Source of the DNA: a bacterium
GTDB taxonomy: Bacteria; Patescibacteriota; Saccharimonadia; Saccharimonadales; Saccharimonadaceae
Length of the DNA stretch: 64,000 nucleotides
Direction: 5' to 3'
Assembly: GCA_030530385.1 (NCBI GenBank)
Contig: JAUMVB010000001.1
Location: 34,577-98,576 of the forward strand
The translations under genes were made by a program, and so were the position numbers. Below the pieces are notes generated by a model. That model was not told where the DNA came from and ran no database searches. It saw only the letters and a program-made list of their open reading frames with translations. Position 1 is the stretch's first letter, and each line of letters begins with the position of its first letter. Shown here in pieces: positions 1 through 10,168 of the stretch.

Positions 1-616
1 CGACTTCAAGAACTAGATTTTCTGAACTATCCTTCGGACGATAAATAATTGAGCCAACGATGATTGCATATTTATCATATTCATTATCGCTTTGAACCTG
101 TTTAACGGGCAGAATGCTTCCACCGTAATTTTCATAAGCATCAAAAATTTGCTCAAACTCATTTCTGGTTGTTGCGAAATTATCATCCGGGAAAAAGTAA
201 CCAAAATCACTTTTCCCGATAAATTGGATAGTTTCAGGCGTGCTGATTGGTGCCTCATTCCCGTAGAACGGGCAATTCTGCAAGATAAATTTTGCTGGAG
301 TTAAGAAGCTAACCCGCTCAACTTTATCCGCAAAATCTTTTTTACCTTTAGCACAAAGATCTTCAATTATTTTTTGCTTTCTTTCGAAAAGCTCCTTAAT
401 TGAAGTTTTATCTTTAGAAACCACAATCACAATATTCTGTGGATCAATTCCAGCCTGAACCAGCTTTTCAACCAGAATTACAATTGAGTTTTGTAAATAT
501 CCCTCAAAAGGCAGAGGAATTAACTCTTTTGCAAACCCAATCGTTGCTGGGTATCCACGCGTTCCGTTTCCAGCTGCGGGGATAATGATTTTTAAGTTTT
601 TCCTATTCTTTAGCAT
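1..616 (-). CDS. UTP-glucose-1-phosphate uridylyltransferase-like sugar nucleotidyltransferase. Its N-terminus is in the window and the ORF runs off the window start.
   Basis: Own translation of the minus strand from ATG at 616: MLKNRKNLKIIIPAAGNGTRGYPATIGFAKELIPLPFEGY... (G-x-G-T-R nucleotidyltransferase motif). AAGGAGG RBS lies 5-11 nt upstream. The frame stays open to position 1. It is absent from the ORF track, presumably because its stop codon lies beyond position 1. Confidence 0.6.
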   Translation of the reverse strand, partial: MLKNRKNLKIIIPAAGNGTRGYPATIGFAKELIPLPFEGYLQNSIVILVEKLVQAGIDPQNIVIVVSKDKTSIKELFERKQKIIEDLCAKGKKDFADKVERVSFLTPAKFILQNCPFYGNEAPISTPETIQFIGKSDFGYFFPDDNFATTRNEFEQIFDAYENYGGSILPVKQVQSDNEYDKYAIIVGSIIYRPKDSSENLVLEV

Positions 617-735
617 TTTTAATGCCTCCTTTTCAATAAAGTACCTCAGTTGCCCAAGGTCTGATACTCAAATCATAACACAAAAAGAACTAGCAGTCAA
701 TTATACTAGTTCTTAATGTATTTACCTAAAAGTTA

Positions 736-1932
736 CTATTGCCCTTCACCACCGTATTTTTCAGCATCAGGCTCATCACCATCAAAGTTCTGAATCACTT
801 CACTCTCATCAGCCGAATTAAGCGCATCGAATAATCCATCCTCAACATTACCACGTTGCTTTGGCTCTTCAACTTTAGCGAGCTCAATATCTAGCTCAAA
901 ACCAGTTAGCTGAGAAGCTAAGCGAACATTCTGACCACCACGTCCAATCGCAATAGACTGCTGGTCTTCAGAAACAAGTACTTTCGCCCGAGGTTTTTTA
1001 ACAGAATTCGTTTCTTCAATCTGAACTTCAATAACTTCAGCTGGACTCAAAGCCTCACGGATAAACTCGCTAGGATTTTCGCTCCAAGTAACAATGTCAA
1101 TTTTTTCGCGTTCACCAATTTCATTCATCACCGATTGAACGCGGACACCTCGCCCACCAACAAAAGTTCCAACTGGATCGACACCAGGAATCATTGAACG
1201 AACCGCCATTTTAGTGCGGCGACCGGCTTCACGCGCAATTGCTACAATCTCAACCATCCCGGTTTCGAGCTCAGGAACTTCCTGCTGAAACAAAACTTCA
1301 ACAAACTTACCGTCAGCTCGAGAAAGTATCAATTCAGGTGCTCGACCTTCTTTTTCGATTTCTTTAATCAAAACTTTGACACGCTGACCAACACTGAAAT
1401 ATTCACCATGAATTTGTTCTCGCATTGGCATAATACCTGTAGCTTTTCCTAGGTCGATTCGCACAAATCGCTGATCAACTTTCGCCACACTGCCGCTAAC
1501 TATTGTGCCAATTTTATCTTCGTACTCCTCTAGAACAACTTCTCGCTCAGCCTCACGAAGTCGTTGCAGAATAACCTGCTTAGCAGTTTGTGCAGCCACT
1601 CGACCAAAACTCTCAACTGGGAATTTTTCTTCAACAATTTCGCCTAGGCCAATCTCCGGATTATCTTTGCGAGCATCTCCAAGCGAAATTTCAGTCAAAG
1701 GATCGTAAGCCTCTTCACCATCAACCACTTCATACTGAACGAACACTTCCGCCTCGCCAGTATTAAGATCAAGCTCAGCCCGCACATTTTGTCCGCGCTC
1801 GCCATTTTCGCGACGCCAAGCCGCAGCTATCGCCATCTCAATAACCGAGATAACTTTCTCTTCAGGAATATTTTTTTCTTCTGCAATTGTGCGTGCAGCA
1901 AGGAGCATTTGTTTGATATTTAAATCTTCCAT
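736..1932 (-). CDS. nusA: Transcription termination/antitermination factor NusA
   Basis: The N-terminal domain, S1 and tandem KH regions (IAIGRGGQNVRLASQLTG) are typical of NusA. A GAAAGG SD precedes the ATG. Confidence 0.9.
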   Translation of the reverse strand: MEDLNIKQMLLAARTIAEEKNIPEEKVISVIEMAIAAAWRRENGERGQNVRAELDLNTGEAEVFVQYEVVDGEEAYDPLTEISLGDARKDNPEIGLGEIVEEKFPVESFGRVAAQTAKQVILQRLREAEREVVLEEYEDKIGTIVSGSVAKVDQRFVRIDLGKATGIMPMREQIHGEYFSVGQRVKVLIKEIEKEGRAPELILSRADGKFVEVLFQQEVPELETGMVEIVAIAREAGRRTKMAVRSMIPGVDPVGTFVGGRGVRVQSVMNEIGEREKIDIVTWSENPSEFIREALSPAEVIEVQIEETNSVKKPRAKVLVSEDQQSIAIGRGGQNVRLASQLTGFELDIELAKVEEPKQRGNVEDGLFDALNSADESEVIQNFDGDEPDAEKYGGEGQ

Positions 1933-2089
1933 TTTAACCTTTCGTTTAATAATTCTATTACTAAAAACGCCGACCCACCGGCCGACTTACACTCTAATTT
2001 TAGCCTATCCAAAAATAAAAGTCAAGCAAATAATAAAAATAAAAGCTATCTTAGGAAAATTTGAGATAGCTTTTATTCAAACATTAATT

Positions 2090-4168
2090 TTAGACTTTAT
2101 TCACAACCGGAATCACTATAGGGGTATGTCCAGTACTATCAAAGAGTAAATGTGAAACATCATCCTTTATTTCCTGCTTCAAATCAGCTAGCTCGATTTG
2201 GCGTTCCACTTCGCGATCGGTCTTAGTTCGCAAGTAATGGCGAATTTTCCCAATAAGCTCCTCGCTATCTTTCAAATAGATAAATCCGCGACTAATAACA
2301 TCTGGTGTTTTAAGTAGTCGCCCAGTCTTTTTACTGATAGTTAAAACAATTATGAAAATTCCTTCAGTAGAAATATGAAGACGGTCTTTCACTACCGCAT
2401 CATGAACTGTGTGACCAGTGTTGTCGTATAGAATTGAACCAACTTGAATTCGACCGGATTTGCGAATCTGCTTATCTTTAGTAAGCTCGATAATATCACC
2501 CGAGTCCGCAACTAGAATATTCTCTCGCTTTAAGCCAAGCACCTTCTGTGCCATTTCAGCGTTATGTTCCAGCATATAGAATTCACCGTGAACAGGTAAA
2601 TAATTAAGCGGATTCAGAGCAGTAACTAATCGAACATGATCATCATAATAGGCGTGGCCCGAAAGATGAAGAGGCCCAATACCGTGATAATGACCTTTAC
2701 CATGCTGTACAACACCAGCACCTTCACGAATCAAACCATCCACAGTCGAAGCTACTCGTGGCTCGTTTCCTGGGATTGGACTAGATGAAAATACCACAAC
2801 ATCGCTCGATTTGATCTTAACAAACCTATGAGCACCTGTCGCCATACGATTAAGTACTGCATTTAACTCACCCTGCGAACCTGTACATACAATCGTAACT
2901 TTACCGTCATCCATCTTGACAATATCTTCCATTTTAACAATCACGTCTTTAGGTACTTTAATCTGACGGCTACGAAGAGCAACTTCAATCGCGTTAATCA
3001 TTGAAAATCCAGCAAATGCAACTTTGCGGTCATGTTTAGCGGCTTCATTTAAAATTAACTGTAAACGATAAATCTGACTCGAAAAACAAGAAATAATCAA
3101 GCGTGCATGTGGATATTTATCCATTACGTCGCAAACACTCTCGCCAATCGAGTATTCACTATGCGGATGAGTTCCTGGCACATCAATATTGGTCGATTCG
3201 TTCATGAGTAAATCAATACCTTCTTTTTGAGCTACTTCAACCAACCGAGGCATATCAAATTGTTTATCAACTGGGTCATTCTCGAATCGCCAGTCACCCA
3301 TATGAACAATATTACCATTCGGCGTACGAATAATCATAGCCACGCATCCAGGGATCGAATGAAGCACATGAACAAACTCCAACGTCATATGATCAGAGAT
3401 TCTAATAATTTCATGCTGGTGCGGATCAACCGACTGATAGTTTGGCGAAACTTTTACGGCTGCCTCTTCCATCTGGCGTTTAATCATACCAATTGTAAAT
3501 TCAGTCGCATAAATTGGAATATTATTACCAAACTCAGGCAAAAGTTGGCGTACCGAACCGATATGATCAAGATGGGCATGCGTAAATGCCACCGCTTTGA
3601 CTTTATGCATATTATCTTTCAAATATGTGATATCTGGAGTCATAAAATTAACACCAGGATAATCTTCATTAGGGAAAATAGATCCCATATCAATCACAAG
3701 GATCTCGTCCTTATATTCAATCGCGAACATATTTTTACCAATCCCAAATTCACCAAGCCCACCTAAGGGAATAACTTTCACACTATCATTCGATGGACGA
3801 AGTTTTTTAAGTGTTGAAGTAGTAAGTTGCTCACCATTAAAACCATTAAAAAGCGATTTGTTTACTGGTATGTTTATAATATGCTGACTAGCTCGAAGAT
3901 TAATATCATTTGAAATCATTCGCTGAGCACGAACCACAGCACCACGGCGAGTGGTTGTTGGTAAGTTGACTTTTTTGATGTCATTTTTTTGCGAGTGAGC
4001 CTGCTTAGCTTTTGAGACGAATTTATCTTTGCGCTGATTTTTTAACGTATTTTCAGATTCCTTTTGCTTATTACTTACAACGTATTTTTCGCGATTTTTC
4101 GCTAGATCCTGCGCCTTTTTTTGTAAATTCGCACGCTTACGAGCCTGCTTTTCGTTAAAATTAGTCAT
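2090..4168 (-). CDS. rnj: Ribonuclease J (metallo-beta-lactamase/beta-CASP) with a ~130-aa Lys/Arg-rich N-terminal extension
   Basis: HAHLDHIG motif, and an IPLGGLGEFGIGKNMFAIEY beta-lactamase-fold N-terminus. The start was moved from the track's 4204 to ATG 4168 (MTNFNEKQ), which has an AAGGAG SD 7 nt upstream. Confidence 0.85.
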   Translation of the reverse strand: MTNFNEKQARKRANLQKKAQDLAKNREKYVVSNKQKESENTLKNQRKDKFVSKAKQAHSQKNDIKKVNLPTTTRRGAVVRAQRMISNDINLRASQHIINIPVNKSLFNGFNGEQLTTSTLKKLRPSNDSVKVIPLGGLGEFGIGKNMFAIEYKDEILVIDMGSIFPNEDYPGVNFMTPDITYLKDNMHKVKAVAFTHAHLDHIGSVRQLLPEFGNNIPIYATEFTIGMIKRQMEEAAVKVSPNYQSVDPHQHEIIRISDHMTLEFVHVLHSIPGCVAMIIRTPNGNIVHMGDWRFENDPVDKQFDMPRLVEVAQKEGIDLLMNESTNIDVPGTHPHSEYSIGESVCDVMDKYPHARLIISCFSSQIYRLQLILNEAAKHDRKVAFAGFSMINAIEVALRSRQIKVPKDVIVKMEDIVKMDDGKVTIVCTGSQGELNAVLNRMATGAHRFVKIKSSDVVVFSSSPIPGNEPRVASTVDGLIREGAGVVQHGKGHYHGIGPLHLSGHAYYDDHVRLVTALNPLNYLPVHGEFYMLEHNAEMAQKVLGLKRENILVADSGDIIELTKDKQIRKSGRIQVGSILYDNTGHTVHDAVVKDRLHISTEGIFIIVLTISKKTGRLLKTPDVISRGFIYLKDSEELIGKIRHYLRTKTDREVERQIELADLKQEIKDDVSHLLFDSTGHTPIVIPVVNKV

Positions 4169-4338
4169 TTTTCTCCTTGAATTTAAACGTTCGAAATAAT
4201 GCAATTAAGTTAAGCTAGTTTCGAACAAGTAGTTTTTAGTATTACTATTTTAACAAATCGAAAACGCTTAGTCAAGCTATATCCAAATAAAAATTAGTCT
4301 CCAGCCAAATCTACAGCTATTTATTAATACGCTTCAAA

Positions 4339-4373
4339 TTGATGAAACTATGAAAATTTGTTAAACTAAATAT
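4339..4373 (+). promoter_or_regulatory. Putative sigma70-type promoter: TTGATG, 17 nt, TGtTAAACT, 6 nt, ATG. It would make the transcript leaderless.
   Basis: Read directly from the sequence. There is no SD upstream of the 4374 ATG. Confidence 0.4.
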
Positions 4374-5477
4374 ATGGAAGATGATTTCGACTCAGTCAAT
4401 TTTAGCAGTGATATTTTTAATGATTTTACCCGCAATACACACAAAGTTCAAGCCCGAAGCAGCAAACGTAAAATTCCTGTAGTGATGATTTCTGGCTTTC
4501 TTGGCGCCGGAAAAACAACCCTACTAAACAATATCTTGCGAGATTGTCCAGATATGAAAATTGGCGCGATCGTAAACGATTTCGGCAAAATAAACATAGA
4601 CAATCGACTGGTTTCAGGAACTTTCAATGAAAATCAAATTGATCTCAGTAATGGTTGTATCTGTTGTATGGTTGGTGATAATGGACTTCGTGGACCGCTT
4701 GATCAGCTAGCAAACGAAAACTCGAAGTTAGACGCCATCCTAGTTGAAGCAAGCGGCGTAGCTGAGCCTTATGATCTGATGAATGTTTTACGATACGCTA
4801 ATAATAATTTTACATTTTTTGGCGGAAATATTTACCTGGTTGATGCATCTAATTTTGATTTAGCTAAACAGCAATTCCCAACTCACCTAAAAAAATGTTT
4901 CCAGTCTAGCGACATTATTCTAATCAATAAAACAGACCTAGTCCCTGATGAAAAAACCGCAGAAATTCGTAATGAAATTAGAGATTTAAATAGTCGTGCG
5001 CTAATTATTGAAAGCGATAGTTCTAGAATCGATCCGCGCATTCTTTTTGAAAATATATCATTACAAGATAAAACTATTCAAGAAACAATCGATATTGATC
5101 ATCATTCACCACATCACCACGACCATATTCACGACAAATTTCATTCAATTACTTTCGAAAGCAGCAAGCCACTCGAACCGCAAAAGTTTATTAATTTTCT
5201 TGACAATTTACCGCAAAACCTATTCCGAATGAAGGGTTTTTGCTACTTCGGGATGAAGGGTTATGAACAAAAGTATATACTTCAAATTGTAGGCAAAACT
5301 ATCGACATTAAAGCTGAAAACTGGCACGAAGGAGAGTCACCTAAGACCGAACTAGTTTTAATCGGCTCAGAAATGGATTCATCAAAAATCAACGAAGCAC
5401 TAAATCAACTCGTCGATAAAACTCCCGAGAAAATTACACCAGAAAATATGATGAATTTTGAGCGATTTATGCTTTAG
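4374..5477 (+). CDS. COG0523 (CobW/YeiR/ZigA-like) G3E-family metallochaperone GTPase
   Basis: P-loop GFLGAGKTTLL, a GCICC metal-binding motif, and the His-rich stretch HHSPHHHDHIHDKFH typical of zinc-associated COG0523 proteins. Confidence 0.8.
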   Translation: MEDDFDSVNFSSDIFNDFTRNTHKVQARSSKRKIPVVMISGFLGAGKTTLLNNILRDCPDMKIGAIVNDFGKINIDNRLVSGTFNENQIDLSNGCICCMVGDNGLRGPLDQLANENSKLDAILVEASGVAEPYDLMNVLRYANNNFTFFGGNIYLVDASNFDLAKQQFPTHLKKCFQSSDIILINKTDLVPDEKTAEIRNEIRDLNSRALIIESDSSRIDPRILFENISLQDKTIQETIDIDHHSPHHHDHIHDKFHSITFESSKPLEPQKFINFLDNLPQNLFRMKGFCYFGMKGYEQKYILQIVGKTIDIKAENWHEGESPKTELVLIGSEMDSSKINEALNQLVDKTPEKITPENMMNFERFML

Positions 5478-5497
5478 ATGATTATTTCGAGATCCAA

Positions 5498-8020
5498 TTA
5501 ATAAGACCTCAAAAATTCCTCAATGCCAGTTTTATCTCTTTCAATAAGTTCTACCCGAGATTTAATTTCGTGCTCACCCATTTCTATCGCCCTAGTTAAA
5601 CTTGGATCATTTTTAAGTGGCGCAAAAAATTCGATAAACTCCTCCAGATTTTCACGAGTTCGCAAAATTACCCCAGCGTAGCGCGGGAAATCATTATAAT
5701 TCTTATCACCAGCAAAAGTTTCTTCAATCCAGTCCCAATTATCACGCATCCAATCCCAAGCCAGATTTCGCGCGTGGGAATTTCTCAGCAAATGAACAAA
5801 CCAACTGATTAAATCTTGCGGACGCACGGTTTTAGGATTTTTCATCTTGGTTAATAGATTCTTTACGGTTGATATTTTTCTAGTAGAAGTTAAAGCCACC
5901 ATTAAATCATCGCGATAATCTACATCGGGCGTAGTGCGGTACTCTTCCAACATTTTTTGAATAATCTCCGAGGATTCATCGTGGCGAATTTTCGTAAGTA
6001 AAATCAGCGCTCGTATTTCTGCATCAATTTCGTTCCATTTTTCTGCTCCATCAAAAATCTTTAAAGCCTCAGAGACAACTTCTTCATTTTCGGCGTATAT
6101 CATATGCCCGAGAATAGAGCTTCGCATTTGCGTATCTTCCTCGCTTTCATTTTCTTTAGCAAAAAAACCAAGTCGCTCAAACTGTTTTTTAGCCAAATTT
6201 TCTACAAAAAATTTAATTTTTCGCTCACTCGCCGAATCTTCATCAATAAAAATCTTTAAATCACCAATCGAAATATTCATCATATCCCAAACGTTGAGGG
6301 AGCTTTCATTCTGATAGTACGAAAGAGCTCGCAAAATATCAACACTCTCTACAAGACCACCCCGCGTCAAAAGTGATCGCTCTTGTAAAATTTGAAGTCG
6401 CGAAATTGTGTCAAGATCATGAATATGCGCAAGCAATTTCTCAAACAATTCACCGCTATAATTCGTAATAAAATGAGCAATATTTCCGCGATTAAATTGA
6501 ATAAAGTCACCTTCAAATGGAATAGTAATTTTACGCTGATCTAAAATTTGGGGAAAACTTGATTGAGTTGATCCAAGCAGAATTGGCCAAACCCGACCTT
6601 CTTCACTACCGTCGCCAATAAAGAACTGCTGCTGGGAGATATTAAGCTCGCCAGATTTTCCATTCACAGAGATTACTGGATATCCTGGCTGCGAAAGCCA
6701 AGTATCCATAAAATTAGCTACATCCTTACCCGAAGACTCACTTAGGCATTGCCACAAATCTGCGCCAATAGTATTTTGATATTTAAACTTCTCAAAATAT
6801 ATACGCAAACCATCTCGAAAATCATCATCGCCAAGATAATTTCGCAACATATTCATCAGTCGAGCACCTTTTGCATAAACAATAGCACCATCAAAAATAG
6901 TGCCAATTTCGTCCGGATGATTGACAGGAATATGAACCGATTGAACTCCATCAATCGCATCACGGCGCAAGCTTAAGACAGCCTCGTTTACCGCAAATTC
7001 TTCCCACATATTCCAATTCGACTCCAAGGCATCAACGGCGTAATATTCCATCATCGTAGCGAAAGATTCATTAAGCCATAAATCATCCCACCATTTCATT
7101 GTTACAAGATTGCCAAACCACTGGTGCGAAGTTTCGTGCGCAATCACCAAAGCTACATATTTTTTGGATGAAATTGCAGATTTTTCTCCAGCAAGTAAAG
7201 CCGTTTCGCGATAAGTAATTAGACCCCAGTTTTCCATAGCGCCACTCGAAAAATCCGGTAATGCTAAATGGTCGCATTTTGAAAGTGGGAATTTCTGATC
7301 AAAAAGCCGCTCGTAAAATTCCAAGACTCGCACTGCAAAATCAAGCGGAAAATTCAATAATTCAGGATCCTGAGCCTTAGTTGCTAACACCGACACTTTT
7401 ACTCCAGATTTTGTCTCGGCGGTTTTTCGCTGAAAATCACCCAGCGCGAAAGCCAATAGATACGTACTCATTTTGGGTGTTGGCTTGAATTTAATTGTTT
7501 TTAAGTTTCCATTTTCAGTTTGATGCGAAATTTCAGTATTCGCTAAAATTTCAAGATTTTTCAGTGCAGTTATTTCAAGCTCGAAAGTTGCTTTTGCTTC
7601 CGGCTCATCAACACACGGAAAAACTTCGCGCGCATGATGACTTTCAAACTGAGTAGCAAAAAGCTCTTTCTTCTCACCGTTCTCGTTATAATAGCAAGGA
7701 TAGAGTCCATGCATCCCATCAGTAATCTGGCCTGAAAACTCTATATTAAGATTGATTTTTTCACCAATATCAAAAGACGCATCACCCGCAAAAATTTCAA
7801 GCTCATCATCTTCTTTCTGCGTGAAATCCAGTTCTCGTTCTTTAAACAAAACCTTTGAAATTTTTAGATCTTTCGAATGCAGTGAAATAGAATTTTGGTT
7901 CTTAGCGGATCCTGATGTCTCAACTTTCCCACTAAAAAATCGTTTGTTCGCATTGCTTAAATCTAATTCTAATCTGTAGCTATCTGGCTCAAAAGTCTCA
8001 AATAATCTTTTTACACTCAT
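5498..8020 (-). CDS. pepN: Aminopeptidase N (M1 family zinc metallopeptidase)
   Basis: GAMEN motif and a HETSHQWFGN...WLNESFA gluzincin signature. 840 aa. Confidence 0.9.
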   Translation of the reverse strand: MSVKRLFETFEPDSYRLELDLSNANKRFFSGKVETSGSAKNQNSISLHSKDLKISKVLFKERELDFTQKEDDELEIFAGDASFDIGEKINLNIEFSGQITDGMHGLYPCYYNENGEKKELFATQFESHHAREVFPCVDEPEAKATFELEITALKNLEILANTEISHQTENGNLKTIKFKPTPKMSTYLLAFALGDFQRKTAETKSGVKVSVLATKAQDPELLNFPLDFAVRVLEFYERLFDQKFPLSKCDHLALPDFSSGAMENWGLITYRETALLAGEKSAISSKKYVALVIAHETSHQWFGNLVTMKWWDDLWLNESFATMMEYYAVDALESNWNMWEEFAVNEAVLSLRRDAIDGVQSVHIPVNHPDEIGTIFDGAIVYAKGARLMNMLRNYLGDDDFRDGLRIYFEKFKYQNTIGADLWQCLSESSGKDVANFMDTWLSQPGYPVISVNGKSGELNISQQQFFIGDGSEEGRVWPILLGSTQSSFPQILDQRKITIPFEGDFIQFNRGNIAHFITNYSGELFEKLLAHIHDLDTISRLQILQERSLLTRGGLVESVDILRALSYYQNESSLNVWDMMNISIGDLKIFIDEDSASERKIKFFVENLAKKQFERLGFFAKENESEEDTQMRSSILGHMIYAENEEVVSEALKIFDGAEKWNEIDAEIRALILLTKIRHDESSEIIQKMLEEYRTTPDVDYRDDLMVALTSTRKISTVKNLLTKMKNPKTVRPQDLISWFVHLLRNSHARNLAWDWMRDNWDWIEETFAGDKNYNDFPRYAGVILRTRENLEEFIEFFAPLKNDPSLTRAIEMGEHEIKSRVELIERDKTGIEEFLRSY

Positions 8021-9732
8021 AAAATTTTCTCCTTAAATTCATTCAAAATTCTCTCAATATTTCCACGTTCTTCTGCTTTACTAAACCTCCACTGCGCATA
8101 AATTTTTATTTTTGGCTCAGTTCCAGATGGTCGAATTGTAATTCGTTTTTCATGATCACCAAACTCAAAACTTAATGCATCGCTAGTCTCCGAAAAATCA
8201 ATTTTTGTCTTTTCGCCAGTTTTCAAATTATGACGTTCAAGAACTAAATAGTCGTTCATAAAATCCGCACTAGTCTCAATTTTCCATGACCGCAAACTAG
8301 CCATCAGATCATTCATCCGCTTAAAACCACTCACGCCAGCGAGCTGAATCATATCTGTTTTTTCTGCAAAAAATCCAACCTCATTATAAATTTCGTTTAA
8401 TTTTTCACCTAAAGTTTTTCCGCACCCCTTTAACTCAGACACTAGCTCAGCAATCATTAGACCGATCGTTGCCGCATCCTTATCCCGTGTCTGCGAACCA
8501 ATTAATCCGCCCAAACTCTCTTCAAAACCAGCTAAAAATTTTTCGCCACCGATTTCTTTTTCGCGAATTATCTTACTGATAAACTTAAATCCAACTGGCA
8601 AATTATCATAAATCTTAACATTATATTTTTGCGCTAAAGCATTCAATGCGTCAGTCGTGACAAAACTCTTACAAATAAAGCCATCTTTGAGTTGATCGTT
8701 TCCAAACTTAGAAAATAAATAATCAGCCACCAGAACAGCTACTTCGTTACCCGAAAAAATCCGAACTTCACCATTTTTTTCAAGGCTCATTACGCATATT
8801 CGGTCAGCGTCAGGATCTGTTGTAAATCCAATATCAGACCTTTCTTGTTTTAGCTGATTGATCGCCATTAAATTTGCACTCAAATTTTCCGGATTAGGTT
8901 TTTGATCGGGCAAAGTCGAGAAATTACCATCCATAATCATTTGATCTTTCACTACTGAAATTTGATCAAAACCAGCCGCAAGTAAAGTTTTCAAAAGATT
9001 CGTCCAACCAGTCCCGTGAATTGGCGAAAATACAATCTTAGTGCTACGACTATCAGACAACGAAAGATTTACATTGGCGCGAATATATTCCCGATCAATT
9101 GCTTTACCGATTAACTCAATTTTACCTTCTTTCAAAGCCGAGCTAAAATCTTCGGTTCGAATTTCGTTAATAGTTTTTACAATTTCCATCAATTCTTTAT
9201 CATACGGCGAAGTAATTTGAGCTCCGTCACGCCAATAAACCTTAACACCATTATCTTGCGGTGGATTATGGCTCGCCGAAATTACGACCCCTGCATCGAC
9301 CTCCAGCTCACGAACAGCAAAAGAAATCTCTGGCGTTGAACGAGCTTCATCAAAGAAATACACTTTTATCCCATTCGCTACAAGAACTTCCGCACACAAC
9401 TTGGCTAATTCCTTAGATGAGTTTCGAACATCCCAACCAATCGCGACACTTGGATTTATAATTTTCATAGAATTTAAGTATTCCGCGAGCGCTTGAGCAC
9501 TTTCTCCGATTGTAATTCTGTTGATCCGATTTGGCCCAATTCCAACTTTTCCGCGCCGGCCAGCCGTACCAAATTCTAAAATCTTAAAAAAAGAATCCTC
9601 TAACTCACCCCACTCATTCTCAGTAATCATAGCTTCAATCTCAGGCCAATACTCTTCATATCTAGATTTAGTCAACCAAATACATAAATTATTAAAAGCA
9701 CTCTCCGATAAATTGTCTCTTGCTCTATCCAT
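8017..9732 (-). CDS. Phosphoglucomutase (alpha-D-phosphohexomutase family)
   Basis: FGTAGRRGKVG and the active-site SASHNPPQDNGVK. It overlaps pepN by 4 nt, consistent with an operon. Confidence 0.85.
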   Translation of the reverse strand: MDRARDNLSESAFNNLCIWLTKSRYEEYWPEIEAMITENEWGELEDSFFKILEFGTAGRRGKVGIGPNRINRITIGESAQALAEYLNSMKIINPSVAIGWDVRNSSKELAKLCAEVLVANGIKVYFFDEARSTPEISFAVRELEVDAGVVISASHNPPQDNGVKVYWRDGAQITSPYDKELMEIVKTINEIRTEDFSSALKEGKIELIGKAIDREYIRANVNLSLSDSRSTKIVFSPIHGTGWTNLLKTLLAAGFDQISVVKDQMIMDGNFSTLPDQKPNPENLSANLMAINQLKQERSDIGFTTDPDADRICVMSLEKNGEVRIFSGNEVAVLVADYLFSKFGNDQLKDGFICKSFVTTDALNALAQKYNVKIYDNLPVGFKFISKIIREKEIGGEKFLAGFEESLGGLIGSQTRDKDAATIGLMIAELVSELKGCGKTLGEKLNEIYNEVGFFAEKTDMIQLAGVSGFKRMNDLMASLRSWKIETSADFMNDYLVLERHNLKTGEKTKIDFSETSDALSFEFGDHEKRITIRPSGTEPKIKIYAQWRFSKAEERGNIERILNEFKEKIL

Positions 9733-9752
9733 CCCTCTATTTCCTTTTCTTT

Positions 9753-9781
9753 ATTTTACCATTTTCGACAGCTAAAATCAA
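9753..9781 (-). promoter_or_regulatory. Putative promoter for the pgm-pepN operon: TTGATT, 17 nt, TAAAAT (minus strand)
   Basis: Reverse-complement reading gives TTGATTttagctgtcgaaaatggTAAAAT. A GAGGG SD precedes the ATG at 9732. Confidence 0.45.
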
Positions 9782-9822
9782 AAAGCTTGCGTTTATTATT
9801 TTTTTATGTTAAAATATCTTCA

Positions 9823-10113
9823 ATGAAAAAACAACCAAAGAAAAATATAACAAAACAAATCGCCGACGAAAACGCAAAAGGCGCACAAATCGCAATCATA
9901 GAAGAACTTTTCTACGATCTTTACCCGAACCGCTGGGAAATTTACAAAGTTAATTTCTTCCGCGGAATATCGTTTGGCTTTGGAAGCGTGATTGGAGCCA
10001 CTGTATTAATTTTTGCACTAGTTTGGTTCTTAAATTTATTTGTAAATATCCCCGGCGGAGTCGGTGATTTTGTTCAAGCCGTAATTAACGCCATGAACTC
10101 ACGCACTAAATAA
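9823..10113 (+). CDS. Small hypothetical membrane protein, with the start moved to the internal ATG
   Basis: The track ORF begins at TTG 9787. The ATG at 9823 (MKKQPKK...) is preceded by TGtTAAAAT plus 7 nt, the leaderless pattern. The C-terminus carries a hydrophobic helix. Confidence 0.5.
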   Translation: MKKQPKKNITKQIADENAKGAQIAIIEELFYDLYPNRWEIYKVNFFRGISFGFGSVIGATVLIFALVWFLNLFVNIPGGVGDFVQAVINAMNSRTK

Positions 10114-10131
10114 AATAATTTTTCAAAAAAT

Positions 10132-10161
10132 AAAACGGAGTTATAAACTAAACTCCGTTTT
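10132..10161. terminator. Bidirectional intrinsic terminator between convergent genes
   Basis: Perfect hairpin aaaacggagtt...aactccgtttt, flanked by an A-run upstream and a T-run downstream. Confidence 0.75.
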
Positions 10162-10168
10162 ATTATAG

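Noticed and set aside
1960-1995. GC-rich segment cgccgacccaccggccgac between nusA and rnj
   Set aside because: It contains direct rather than inverted repeats, so no stable hairpin forms. It was not called a terminator.
4169-4204. Upstream alternative starts from the ORF track for rnj (4204), gatC (18891 TTG), rel (28214), ppa (29652), the HExxH protein (33029 GTG), rnhB (34958 TTG) and the sortase (47919)
   Set aside because: In each case an internal ATG has a much better SD or sits at the 6-7-nt leaderless spacing. The longer starts also fall inside predicted promoters, or add only basic low-complexity residues.
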